Positions 1 to 10,258 of a stretch of 64,000 nucleotides of DNA are shown one piece after another. The DNA is taken from the NCBI GenBank assembly GCA_025786725.1, contig JAHLTZ010000032.1, forward strand, positions 186,001 through 250,000, read 5' to 3'. The DNA is from Syncephalis fuscata S228. Lineage: Eukaryota > Fungi > Zoopagomycota. The translations under genes and the position numbers were made by a program. A model generated the notes under the pieces. The model was given only the letters and a program-made list of their open reading frames with translations. It was not told the DNA's origin and searched no databases. How positions within the stretch are numbered: position 1 is the stretch's first letter; the number at the start of each line of letters is the position of its first letter.

Positions 1-10
1 ATTTAAGTAG

Positions 11-1558
11 CTGGGCCAAGACGAGCTACCCAAGTGTTCGTTTCACATTCATACTTAGCCGGCCACAAATTCGTAAAGTGCCGTTTGGTACTGTGCTAAT
101 TATGGGAGCGTGGAACTATCCGTTGGTGCTATTACTGGCACCATTCGTAGGAGCCATGGCTGCTGGCAATACGGTTGTCATCAAGGTAGGCTGGCTTGTC
201 GATTTTTGCGTTATTATTCAAACTAACTGGCTCAAAAATAAAAAGCCTTCAGAATTAGCGCCTCATTCGGCACGTGTCATTACGGAACTATTGCCACGTT
301 ATCTGGACCAACGGGCCTATCGTGTAGTCAATGGCGCTGTGGATGAGTCCACTCAACTGTTGGCCACCAAGTTTGACTACATTTTCTACACGGGATCCAG
401 CCAGGTTGGCCGCATTGTCATGCAAGCAGCCGCCAAAAATCTCACACCTGTTTCGTTGGAATTGGGCGGAAAGAGCCCATTTATTATTCATCGATCATGT
501 AATCTATCCGTTACTGCCAATCGACTCTTTTTTGGCAAATACTTGAATTGTGGCCAGGTAAATTGGAAACCATTGTTATTTACAGTGGCTAACAAATGTA
601 TTATTCTACACAACACTACAGACTTGCATTGCTCCAGATTACGTGTTGTGTCCACGCGATTTAATCGAGCCATTAACACAGGAGCTACGCAGATGTTATA
701 AGAATCTTTATGATAGCAATGCACTTGAGTCTGATTCGTATGGCAGAATTATTAATGAACGTCATTTTGATCGTCTTATGAATTTGTTTGAAAAAGACAA
801 GAAAGATGGATCTAAGGTCCTTTTGGGAGGAGCTAGCAATCGTGATGCCAAGTATATCGAGCCCACTGTAGTTCTTAGTAATCCGAATGCAGCTCTAATG
901 AAAGATGAAATTTTTGGGCCATTTATGCCAATTATTGAAATGGACTCAGTCGACGATGCAATTTCATTCATCAATCGTCGGTAAGTGTTTAATTTAAACA
1001 TTAATCCATGTAAATATTCATTGTTTTTTATTTAAACATTAGCGATCAGCCATTGACTTTGTATTTGTTTGCAACGGATAAGAAGGTCATTAAGAACGGT
1101 GAGTTATGTTTATAAGGACAACAACGACAGCTATTAATGATTCAGCCATCTAGTGAGGGAATCAACTCGTTCTGGATCCCTATTAATTAACGATACTATG
1201 GTCCACTTTGGCAGTAAGTTTTAGTTTATATTTGTAACTTGCTGCTTATTTAGTCTCATTTATAGTTCCCCAAATTCCGTTTGGCGGCTGTGGTTCAAGC
1301 GGTATGGGCCGCTATCGTGGCAAGGCAAGCTTTGATACATTCTCGCACCAGCGCTCGATCCTCCATAGTGGATATGCCGACGAGCCTGTCCGCACCAGTC
1401 TATTGTACCCGCCGTATAACATGAAGCGAATCCCTATTGTTTTGTTTAGTTTGTCACGATATGCGCCATGGAGTTTGAAACTCAAAAAGGCATTTGTGTT
1501 AGTATTGGTATTAGTGCTGTTCGGATTTGTGGCAAAAGCGCGTGGGCTTTTGAATTAG
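11..1558 (+). CDS. HFD1: Fatty aldehyde dehydrogenase (ALDH3 family), 5' end outside window, multi-exon
   Basis: Motifs GAWNYP, FYTGS, LELGGKSP, catalytic GQ|TCIAPDY across an intron, EIFGP, PFGGCGSSGMGRY; GT-AG introns; C-terminal hydrophobic anchor. Confidence 0.92.
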
Positions 1559-2026
1559 TCGTCGTACTAAAGCCATGGCAACATGGCAGTTTTCTTAGTT
1601 TGTTTTTAATCATGTGCTATTCTTATGTTTAGATCAAAGCCATCAAACAAAAAAGAATGTTAATCAATTGCTATTGTGTGCGTTTTATATAAAACAGCAA
1701 TTGGCAGCTGTTAAATATGTTAGTCCACCAATAATTTGTATTTCAATATTTAATAATATGTCAATGCTATATAGATGCACTAATATTTGTCGGTCCAGCT
1801 TTGTCTCACCTAGACTATTACTAAAAATCAGATTACTACAGTATAATAAAATAATAAAAGTTTATAAATTATAAATATTTGTTACACGCCACACTATTAA
1901 TGCTATTTTTAAGTAATATATGTAAAAGCACGGTTTATATTATAAATACTAGCTTTTAAAGATATTATCTCCCGTAGTTCAAGGCTATCGAATGCTTTAA
2001 TGCATATAAGTAATAAAAGTTTTACG

Positions 2027-2990
2027 TCAAAATTGAGAATATCCAGGTACATATTTGGTTTTTGGACGATTAGGAATTCTATTAGGCTTCCGTGTGCTAT
2101 TGCAATGTTTGACCAAAATGGTGTTTACGATTATTCTAGTTCTATGTAAGCATGTTGTATCTATCAGTTTGCTAGCACTTACGAATCGACAGAAAAATAC
2201 AAATCAGAATGACTCCCGCCTACTTGAAATGCCAATAAAATGCAACAAGTAATATTGCATAACACGGCTAAGCACATTGTTTGGACGCCCTTTTGTGCCA
2301 TCTGTCCCATGCATTTGATCCATGTTTGCGATATTGCTGCAGCGCAATATGACAAAAAATGGTTGAAAACAGTACGTTGATTGGTAAAGTAACGCCGAGC
2401 CAATACCAGATTAAAGACATATAATAGTGTAAGGTACAGCCGGTTTCTATGTCTAAAACGACAAAAGCGAAACAAATAGTAGCAACAAAGTACCCAAACT
2501 GCAATAGCAGTAACGGAATGCCCGTGTATAATAGCCACTTCTGGCGGCATAGTATTAGATATGCTTTCTGTAGCAGTATCATACTGTTGCAGACATAGGT
2601 GATGGATATTCCAAACGTGGATGTCCATATCAAAATCCGGCAATTAGCAAAGAAGCCAAGCTCCATTCCCATAAAAACCACCTCAGTTAACAAATTTAAG
2701 ACGCAAGGAACCAAACAGCACCATGGTGCTAAGAGACGTGGACGGTGCATTACCATTTTGCTGGAAATAATAAAGTTGCGCACAACAATCAAGCTAACTC
2801 CTGTGGCAAATAAGATCTGCAATTTATTGCCAAATAACTGGTTGTGTCGTGTATCTAAATTATTGACCACTTGTAAATAAAAATTAAATAAGTTTACTTC
2901 GCCTTGCGGATGAAGGTGGATACCCCATAGTGTTGTAGCGTTGCTCCTCCACTCTATTTCCGCTGGGTTGTTTTCGTCAATTATCGGCAT
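2027..2990 (-). CDS. Lineage-specific multi-pass (7TM/GPCR-like) membrane protein, copy 1; apparent 1-nt deletion near 2301
   Basis: MPIIDENN start; clear paralog of 30751-31742 with shared WGIxLHPxGExNxFxFY, LAPWCCLxP, LLQKxYLIL and the same 3' intron. Frame switches from ORF 2268..3140 to ORF 2179..2643 at AWDR/AQKGVQTMCLAVLCNI. Confidence 0.8.
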
Positions 2991-3802
2991 TATTAAAAGC
3001 AAATAGCAAAAATTTAAGTAAATTGAAAAAAAATTAAACGGCTCGATGAATGCGTTGCAGCTACTAAAAAAGCTACTAGAGTTGCCTTTGCCCGCAGCAA
3101 ACAGCAATGAACATACAACTGGAACAGGCCTTACAGCCAAGTCGGGGCAACTTATCGACTTGTATTATGCTTCCAGAGCTACTTTACTTTGACTCTCTAT
3201 TCTTAAACTGAAGGACAAAAAGATTCGTAACTCAAATAACTGTCGATTAGTTTTTAATACTGAAAAGTGGTATTTGTTGAAGCAGTGCCACATCAACTCC
3301 GATTAATGCAAGTAAAGATGGACTAGTCTGCACAATTTTCAGTATTTGATATTATTGTTGCTGTAAAGTATTCAACGCATTATAATTTGATTATTTAATG
3401 TCACCCACCATCCAGTTCCATGTTTAGTAGAACAACAAATGTGTAGTTCAATCAAGTAAAGAATGTCAATTTTGATCTTTTGACACTGAATTGCATGAAT
3501 CTATTTATTAATTATTTACATTAATGAGCTATTTTACTTGGACTTTCATACTTTTATCTATCCATTTCACCCCTTCGCTTTTAAATACAATTAAACACTC
3601 ATTCATTACTATTCCATGTATAATATTACATCCAATATTAATTGCTTTATATGTAATTAATTAGTTATCTTTATTATTGCTTTAATATATATATATATTG
3701 TCATTATGATATTAATTGTTCAAAATGCCATTTATTTAGTCAAATTGGCCATAGGGAAAATGGCTGTTAATAAACAGCTTTTATAATAACTATATTAATC
3801 TT

Positions 3803-4008
3803 GATCTTACATCACAAATATGTCCAAAATATAATAGTAGAATATTAGAACACAGAAGAAATCATTCAGATGCAATAATTCATGCTGTACGTAGATGCAA
3901 CGACTGCGGAGCGATATGGAATCGTGACCAACGGCTTTTATTAATACTTGATCAATTTTCTACACATAGCCAACAACAATGAACGGCCTCAAATATCTTA
4001 AAAAATAA
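3803..4008 (+). mobile_element. Decayed Fanzor (eukaryotic TnpB) C-terminal fragment, copy 1
   Basis: Manual translation from 3806: LTSQICPKYNSRILEHRRNHSDAIIHAVRRCNDCGAIWNRD, then after frameshifts TAFINT*SIF / LHIANNNERPQ. Matches the TnpB/Fanzor Zn-finger plus RuvC-III pattern. Confidence 0.75.
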
Positions 4009-4078
4009 ATATATAGTATGTTACATTATTTATTTAAATCAATTTATTAACAACATCTTAATAGAAAGTAATATAACT

Positions 4079-4151
4079 ATGTCGTGCATAACAACGACAT
4101 GACTCTAATTGGAACAAATTATGCTATGGTGACTTTAAATGTGGGAGTCAA
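4079..4151 (+). ncRNA. Candidate Fanzor omega-RNA scaffold / right end
   Basis: Just downstream of Fanzor copy 1; perfect stem ATGTCGT(4079-85)/ACGACAT(4094-4100); second stem GACTC(4101-05)/GAGTC(4145-49); ends in TCAA. Confidence 0.35.
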
Positions 4152-4386
4152 AGTAAGATGCAATCAAAGCAGTAAAGTTATAATGCCGATGCTTATAGCT
4201 TGAACAAACAATTTTATGTAATAACCATCATCATCTCTAGCGTAGTATGGATTTTTTGCTTGAAACTTTCATTTACTAAATAATCCCGAGCATTAATACA
4301 GTCTTAATTTGGCTACAACCATTAATAAAATTTAAAACAAAAACCGTATTTTACCTCATAGATTGTAATTAGTCTGGCCAAACGCG

Positions 4387-4616
4387 TTAACTTTTTTGCA
4401 AATGGAACGGTAATGTTTGTGGACGATCCATTTTGGCATAGACAAAAACATTGTGTATATTTTTAATTGACATCACATCACAATTCCATACTATACCACA
4501 AGTTTGGCATTGAAATGCAGCATGTATTTTACGCTTTAATCCAATAGCCTTCATATACTTCAGTTTTCTTTATTACACTCATTACAGACCTGACTTGCTA
4601 AATATTCATTGACTTT
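4387..4616 (-). mobile_element. Decayed Fanzor (eukaryotic TnpB) C-terminal fragment, copy 2
   Basis: Reverse-strand translation: KVNEYLASQVCNECNK (1-nt shift) KLKYMKAIGLKRKIHAAFQCQTCGIVWNCDVMSIKNIHNVFVYAKMDRPQTLPFHLQKS*. Contains RuvC-II Glu, two CxxC pairs and RuvC-III WN(R)D. Confidence 0.85.
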
Positions 4617-5085
4617 AAATTCAATAGAACTATTAAAGTGTCATTTTATTTTCATTTCTATTATTGTTGTTACATTAATAAATATGTATCATATGTTACT
4701 TCATCCTCAATATCTATCTTTACGAATTCATGAACATTGTTATTTCTTTGTCTATTAAGTCAAATAACCTGCGTTTATCAAATATAATTTTACGTACATT
4801 TAGCATTATTGAGCAATTTATTTTATATTAACAATCAAATCATTGCTATTGTTTTGTATACTTAGAATGTAGTATTTATCAAAAATATGTTTAGTATTGT
4901 TACATAAGTCATGTTATAATAGTAAAAATCATTGGATTTAACGACTAGCGATCGTTCTTCCCTTCCAGAACAAATACAATTATAACACGTTGCTTTAATT
5001 GAAAGACTGGCATTGCCATATTCAAACACGTTTAACTTGATATAGTTGATATGACCAGCCATTATTGCCAATTTAAATAAATAAT

Positions 5086-6316
5086 TTATAACATCGTAAA
5101 ATATTTATTATTGTCAAAACATTTATACCTGGGTAATCCCGAAAGACGTCTGGCAGGTGCCTTAGTTCGTCTAAGTGAAGCCAAGTAGCTTGATGGCGAG
5201 GGACGTTGTTCTGGGTTGGGAACCAGCAATGCTTTCATAACATCGATTACTGGCTTCAAAGCAGCATTTATTCCAGCAAAATGTGAAATATGGAATGTCT
5301 GTGGAGGAATTCCAGTGTTAAGTGTATTGGCAATGGATTGTTGTTGATAACCGTCCAAGGGAAACAGGTATTTTCCGGTCATTAAGAAGTACAAAGTTAC
5401 GCCGATAGCCCACGCATCTTTCTTGGTGGGATCCGCTGCAATGTTTTGATAAATCTCGGGCGGTATAAATGGAGGACTTCCACTTTTATTGGTTTCCAAT
5501 GCAATTTTACCATTAGTTACGCTAATGGGAGAAGCAAGGTCAAAATCAATGATCGTGGCTTTTGGCCGTGTTGGATCATTTGGATAAGGGAAGCTGATCA
5601 TCACATTGTCCGGCTTTAAATCATTGTGAATCAATCCGGCGTTATGCATGTAAGCTGCACCTAATAAAATCTGCTTTGCTACATCTTGTAGAAAATCAAC
5701 TCGTTGTTTTAAAAACATAGCCTGAGTGTACTGGCGTGAGTTTGTGGCACCGTCGTAAGAGTACACAAAGCAAAAAGAATCTTTGATTCCAAAATGTATA
5801 TATGGCTCAGAGACATTTTCACGACCAACCGCCCGCATGCCTGTTAGTTGACTTGTTGCCGTATAAAGTATCTAAAAATATTAGTTTAACTACTGTTTAA
5901 TATTTAGTAGTATTAATGCTTACCTGAAAAGCTTTTATTTCTTTATTAATAGCTGAACGGCGGCCTGGTATTTCACGGCCATTAGCACTGTAGGCAACAC
6001 ATTTGACAAATGCATATTTTTCTTTATATTTGCCGAGGGCAATATCCATGCCACTGCCTGCGCCGCCCCCTCCTAGAACTCGAATAATTCTAAGATCAGC
6101 TTTACCGAAAGCACTGGGTCCATTTAGTTTTTGGCCCAAAAAGTTATCGGTTTGAATGCCATCTATATAATAATTAGTCAACTGCAGGCATCATACCGTT
6201 CAACACTTACATGGATCGACTTTCATCCTAAGTGACAAAACAGTGGTAAATGAAGTAACGGAAATAACAGCGCATACCTTCAAGGCAGCAGCTAATAGAC
6301 GCCAGTGCCCATGCAT
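5086..6316 (-). CDS. Secreted Ser/Thr protein kinase, copy 1 (3 exons)
   Basis: Hydrophobic N-terminus MHGHWRLLAAALKVCAVISV; Gly loop LGGGGAGSG, AFVK, HNDLKPDN, DFD, PPE, DAWAIG; GT-AG introns at about 6210-6163 and 5924-5873. The paralog suggests the true stop is near 5123. Confidence 0.88.
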
Positions 6317-6979
6317 ATCAATAGCGTTTGAAGAGTATTCGTGATGGAAATAAGAATCGTGATGGAAATAAGAATCGAAAAGTGTATTGAAGATTTGCAA
6401 AACTAATCACAAAAATGAAATCTTTAAATATGATAATCAAATCAAGATAAAAAATATTGCCACGAGCTAGAACCAAAAGTCCGAATAGTTGCCATGTCTT
6501 AAAATATATACGATATTTCTATATTTAGGATATGTAGATAGTATAAACTTAATATAGACACCACATGCTTGCTTATCTTTAACAAGGTATTAATATTCAC
6601 GTTATTACTATTTCAGCATTATTTATTCAAGCTTAGTCACAATAGTATTAAGTTGGAACTATTATACTGAGAGCACACTATTACCAAGTTTTTAAAACAT
6701 AATTATTGGAATTTAATAAGACAATCGATAGAGGCGGTGAATATGATATAAAAATAATATTTTATTTAATACATAATAGGTGCTGTATTTATGGCGGCAA
6801 ACAAATAAAAAAGATGGGATGCTTGGTGCATTAAGTGGTTAATGATGTAATAGAATTCCTATTGTGTTAAATATCGTAAATCGTGCTACCATCGGGATAT
6901 GTAAATATTTGTATTTGGTAATTAACACATGGTAAATTATGTGTGTGCTTTTGTGACATCTAGCACATAATTCCAATAG

Positions 6980-7397
6980 TTTTTGCCATATTGGATTTAA
7001 GCAATATAATATATATGGCTCGGACGCATGGAAACGGTTGGCACGCGATGGAATTCAAGCAATGTGTCTAGCTGTACTATGTAACATTGTGTGCTGTATC
7101 CTGGTAGCGCTACAAGTAGGCGGAAGCCGCTCGGATATGTTTTTCCCTATGGATTGGTAGGTACTAGCAAGTATCTACATCTAATTTACTTACATTAGTG
7201 TAGGATCACGGTTAACACGATACTGATCAATCATTGCCAAAGCATGCGAAAGACTATACGTGTTTCCAATCGTCCAAAAACTAGCCATATACCTGGACAA
7301 TCGCAATTTGAACATATTGGCACTATAGACCACAATTGACACAAATAATACTTATTAGCTGTAACACTGCCTTACACCAATATACCATTTAGAATAG
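6980..7397 (+). pseudogene. 5'-truncated, near-identical duplicate of the 3' end of the 7TM gene at 31383-31800
   Basis: Constant offset of 24403 nt; one mismatch seen (6994 G vs 31397 C); includes end of exon 1, intron, exon 2 and 3' flank; no homologous 5' part. Confidence 0.9.
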
Positions 7398-7817
7398 CAA
7401 ATTAGTATTCATGTTAGAAATATCAAGTTATATTATACAAAGTCAAACTAATGCTGTTACAACAATATTGTAATAGCTAATAATGCTAAACAATAATTAA
7501 AAGATAATAATTTGTTATAAGCGATTAAAAAATACATCCTACAAGTATTCATACACGTTAAATGTTTATAAATGAATAATGGATATTAAGAATATTGCGA
7601 ATTAACTTGTTTCTATTTAATTCGTATATTAAAGCATAACATTGCATTGACAAGTCTTACTTCTCAGTAGTAAAGACTGAAGATTATTTGGTATTATTTC
7701 TTGATCATACCTTTGTGACATTGTTTACATTTTTACATAAATAAAATATATTAATCACCATTTAGACCAATGGTATAAACAAAATACCAATATATTTATT
7801 GCTCAATGCTGATGCAA

Positions 7818-8447
7818 CTATTTCTTTTCCGGCTTACGAGCGCCATATTTACTGCGAGATGTTGTTCGATTGACAACGCCTTGTAAATCAAGTGCACCTC
7901 GGACAATATGATATTTAACTCCGGGCAAATCTGGCACCTTACCACCACGAACAAGTACTACCGAATGTTCCTGTAAGTTATGACCTTCGCCTGGAATATA
8001 AGCAGTAATGGTACGGCCATTAGTAAGTCTTACACGCGCTACTTTACGCTGAGCCGAATTGGGTTTTTTCGGCTTTGTAACGTAAACTTTGGTGCAGACG
8101 CCTTTACGTTGTGGTGCGTGTTCAAGAGCAGGTGAGCGCACTTTAACTTGACGTGTTCGTCGACAACCACGAATCACTTGATTCAGTGTAGCCATAGTAG
8201 CGCGTTGTTCCAATCTCATAGCCATAGTTAGTGGTCGGTCTGCCAATAAGCTACTGGGCGGTGCGGTACGAGAGGCTATACACGACAGTTGACGTGAACC
8301 ACCTAGTACACTCAGTTTCGATGCGCCGCCCAGTAGACCAACACTATTGTTGCCGACCACAGGCAACAATGACAGGGAGCGGATCCCCAGCGTTGGTCCT
8401 GCCGTTTGACGCGTGATGAACGACAAAGATCGAAGCGTACACAACAT
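7818..8447 (-). CDS. MRPS12: Mitochondrial ribosomal protein uS12m
   Basis: [46 protein letters not shown]; Arg/Ser/Leu-rich presequence. Confidence 0.96.
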   Translation of the reverse strand: MLCTLRSLSFITRQTAGPTLGIRSLSLLPVVGNNSVGLLGGASKLSVLGGSRQLSCIASRTAPPSSLLADRPLTMAMRLEQRATMATLNQVIRGCRRTRQVKVRSPALEHAPQRKGVCTKVYVTKPKKPNSAQRKVARVRLTNGRTITAYIPGEGHNLQEHSVVLVRGGKVPDLPGVKYHIVRGALDLQGVVNRTTSRSKYGARKPEKK

Positions 8448-9280
8448 ATTGTCGTTCGTCAATAATAATTAATAAATGAGAGAAGAAAAAGAGCGTAAAT
8501 CTATTAGCCAATAAAACTCCTACAAACAATGATGTAAAATGTGATGTATTTGCCACTTGAATTAATCTTTATGAGCTATTGATCCAAATACACAAATTTA
8601 TAGAACAATATGTAGGAACTAGTGCTTAATAATAACATTGATGCATTGATGCATTTCTATTTAGTATAGATACATCATAGTTAGTACCAAAGAAATAGCC
8701 CTTTAATAAACAAACATAACAAAAGTGCTAAATATAATTGTCAAACACTACTTGTTAATTATTTAAATCCAAAATTTACATAAATGTTTGTAGTTCAAAC
8801 GATTTAGTATTTACTAAGGTATAATACTTTTGCTTTTAAGTTAATTATATAATTACAATAAATAGCTGAATAGTTTTTTACAAAAGGTTATTTATTTATG
8901 TAATAAAATAGAATCGATAATACTAGTATCTTACCTTTAAATTTCTATGCCAAGCTAATCGTATTGATAACGATGTGAGGCAAGTATTATCAGTTAATTA
9001 ACAAGCTTAGCAATAATGCTAAATAATTATAGTTAAACCATTTATTTATAGTATAATATCCCATATAGCATAGTATCAGTAAATACCAGCATTATAATAA
9101 ACAATAATCCCTTAAATCAGCTATTGAAAGCGTTGTAAAAGTCCGCAATGAATGAAATAATAAAATAAAATTACAAAATCTTAAATGTTGAGTTACCAGG
9201 TTTTTTATTTCTAAATTCCTTTCAATTGTTGTTACTGCTCTCTCTCTCTCAGTGTACTATTATTACTATTATTTATAGTC

Positions 9281-10132
9281 ATGACGGAACAGCATTCTCT
9301 ACCAACATCGGCGGTACTTGGTCTTAAAACGCCCGCTATGGACGTCTCTTTACATAGCACGAATACAGGCCACACGCTTATTAAGGCAATGCACGACCCG
9401 CTGGCCCTCATAGACCAGACCATGGCCGACCACCGCTACTCGTACGGCCTACGAGTCGACCCATACGCAGTAAACAACCCACGAGTAATCCTTCACCGTT
9501 TGAAGCAAGTAATACTCATCATTCATCGCGGGATTATAGCTCTACAAGTCACGCCGTAACTGAATTCGAGTATTCGGTTCATGGCACCAACGGTGCAATG
9601 CATGACGAACTCACCCGAGTATTTCCGTTTGAGCAGTTATCGGCAACGGAACGTGATACACGCCGGTCCAACCTAAAAATCATAATGACCTTTCAACGGT
9701 GCCGTAACGACCTTGTAGGTATTGGACCACAAGTTGAATTGGAGAAAGACGAACGCTTAGAAACCGTAAGCTATAATATAGATACAGCTACATTTTGTTT
9801 ATCTAACTATTTAACACTGCTAGTTCTTTCAAATGGCTGAATATATTCATTATCAATTGAATAGTCGTGGTTACTGGGTCGATTTTACTGATCCTTCATC
9901 AGGCTATCCAGTCTATTCGCCACGCGGCTCTACCTATTTCCCCGATGTCGTAGCTACTGAAATACTATTAGGCTATGACGTATTGTGGACTGGTTGCTGC
10001 AAAGTACTTGTACATCCTCGATGGGATGCCAAAGTTTATCCAGCAAGTCTATTTACTGATGCACCCATTGAAGATATTCAACAAGTCATCGATGATGCTT
10101 GTGGCCATCGATCAACAGCCCATAAAAATTAA
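9281..10132 (+). CDS. MMADHC: Cobalamin trafficking protein CblD (MMADHC-like); apparent 1-nt deletion near 9472
   Basis: EFEYSVH..ELTRVFP, TFQRCRNDLV, GYWVDFTDPSSGYP, GCCKVLVHPRW, YPASLFTDAP; intron 9766-9823. Confidence 0.85.
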
Positions 10133-10258
10133 TTAACTATTCCTAGCCACCTGTAATCTCTACTATTAACATTTTACATCATTAAATAAAAATAGATCAT
10201 TTTTAATACAAAAGGGTCATACAAATAATCAATAATAGCAAAGTAAAAGATAGACTAA

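Noticed and set aside
2027-2990. Calling 7TM copy 1 a pseudogene
   Set aside because: The same type of 1-nt deletion occurs in conserved housekeeping genes in this window, so assembly error is likelier; unresolved without reads
6339-6377. 18-nt tandem duplication upstream of kinase copy 1
   Set aside because: Two adjacent units without spacer; simple slippage, not CRISPR-like
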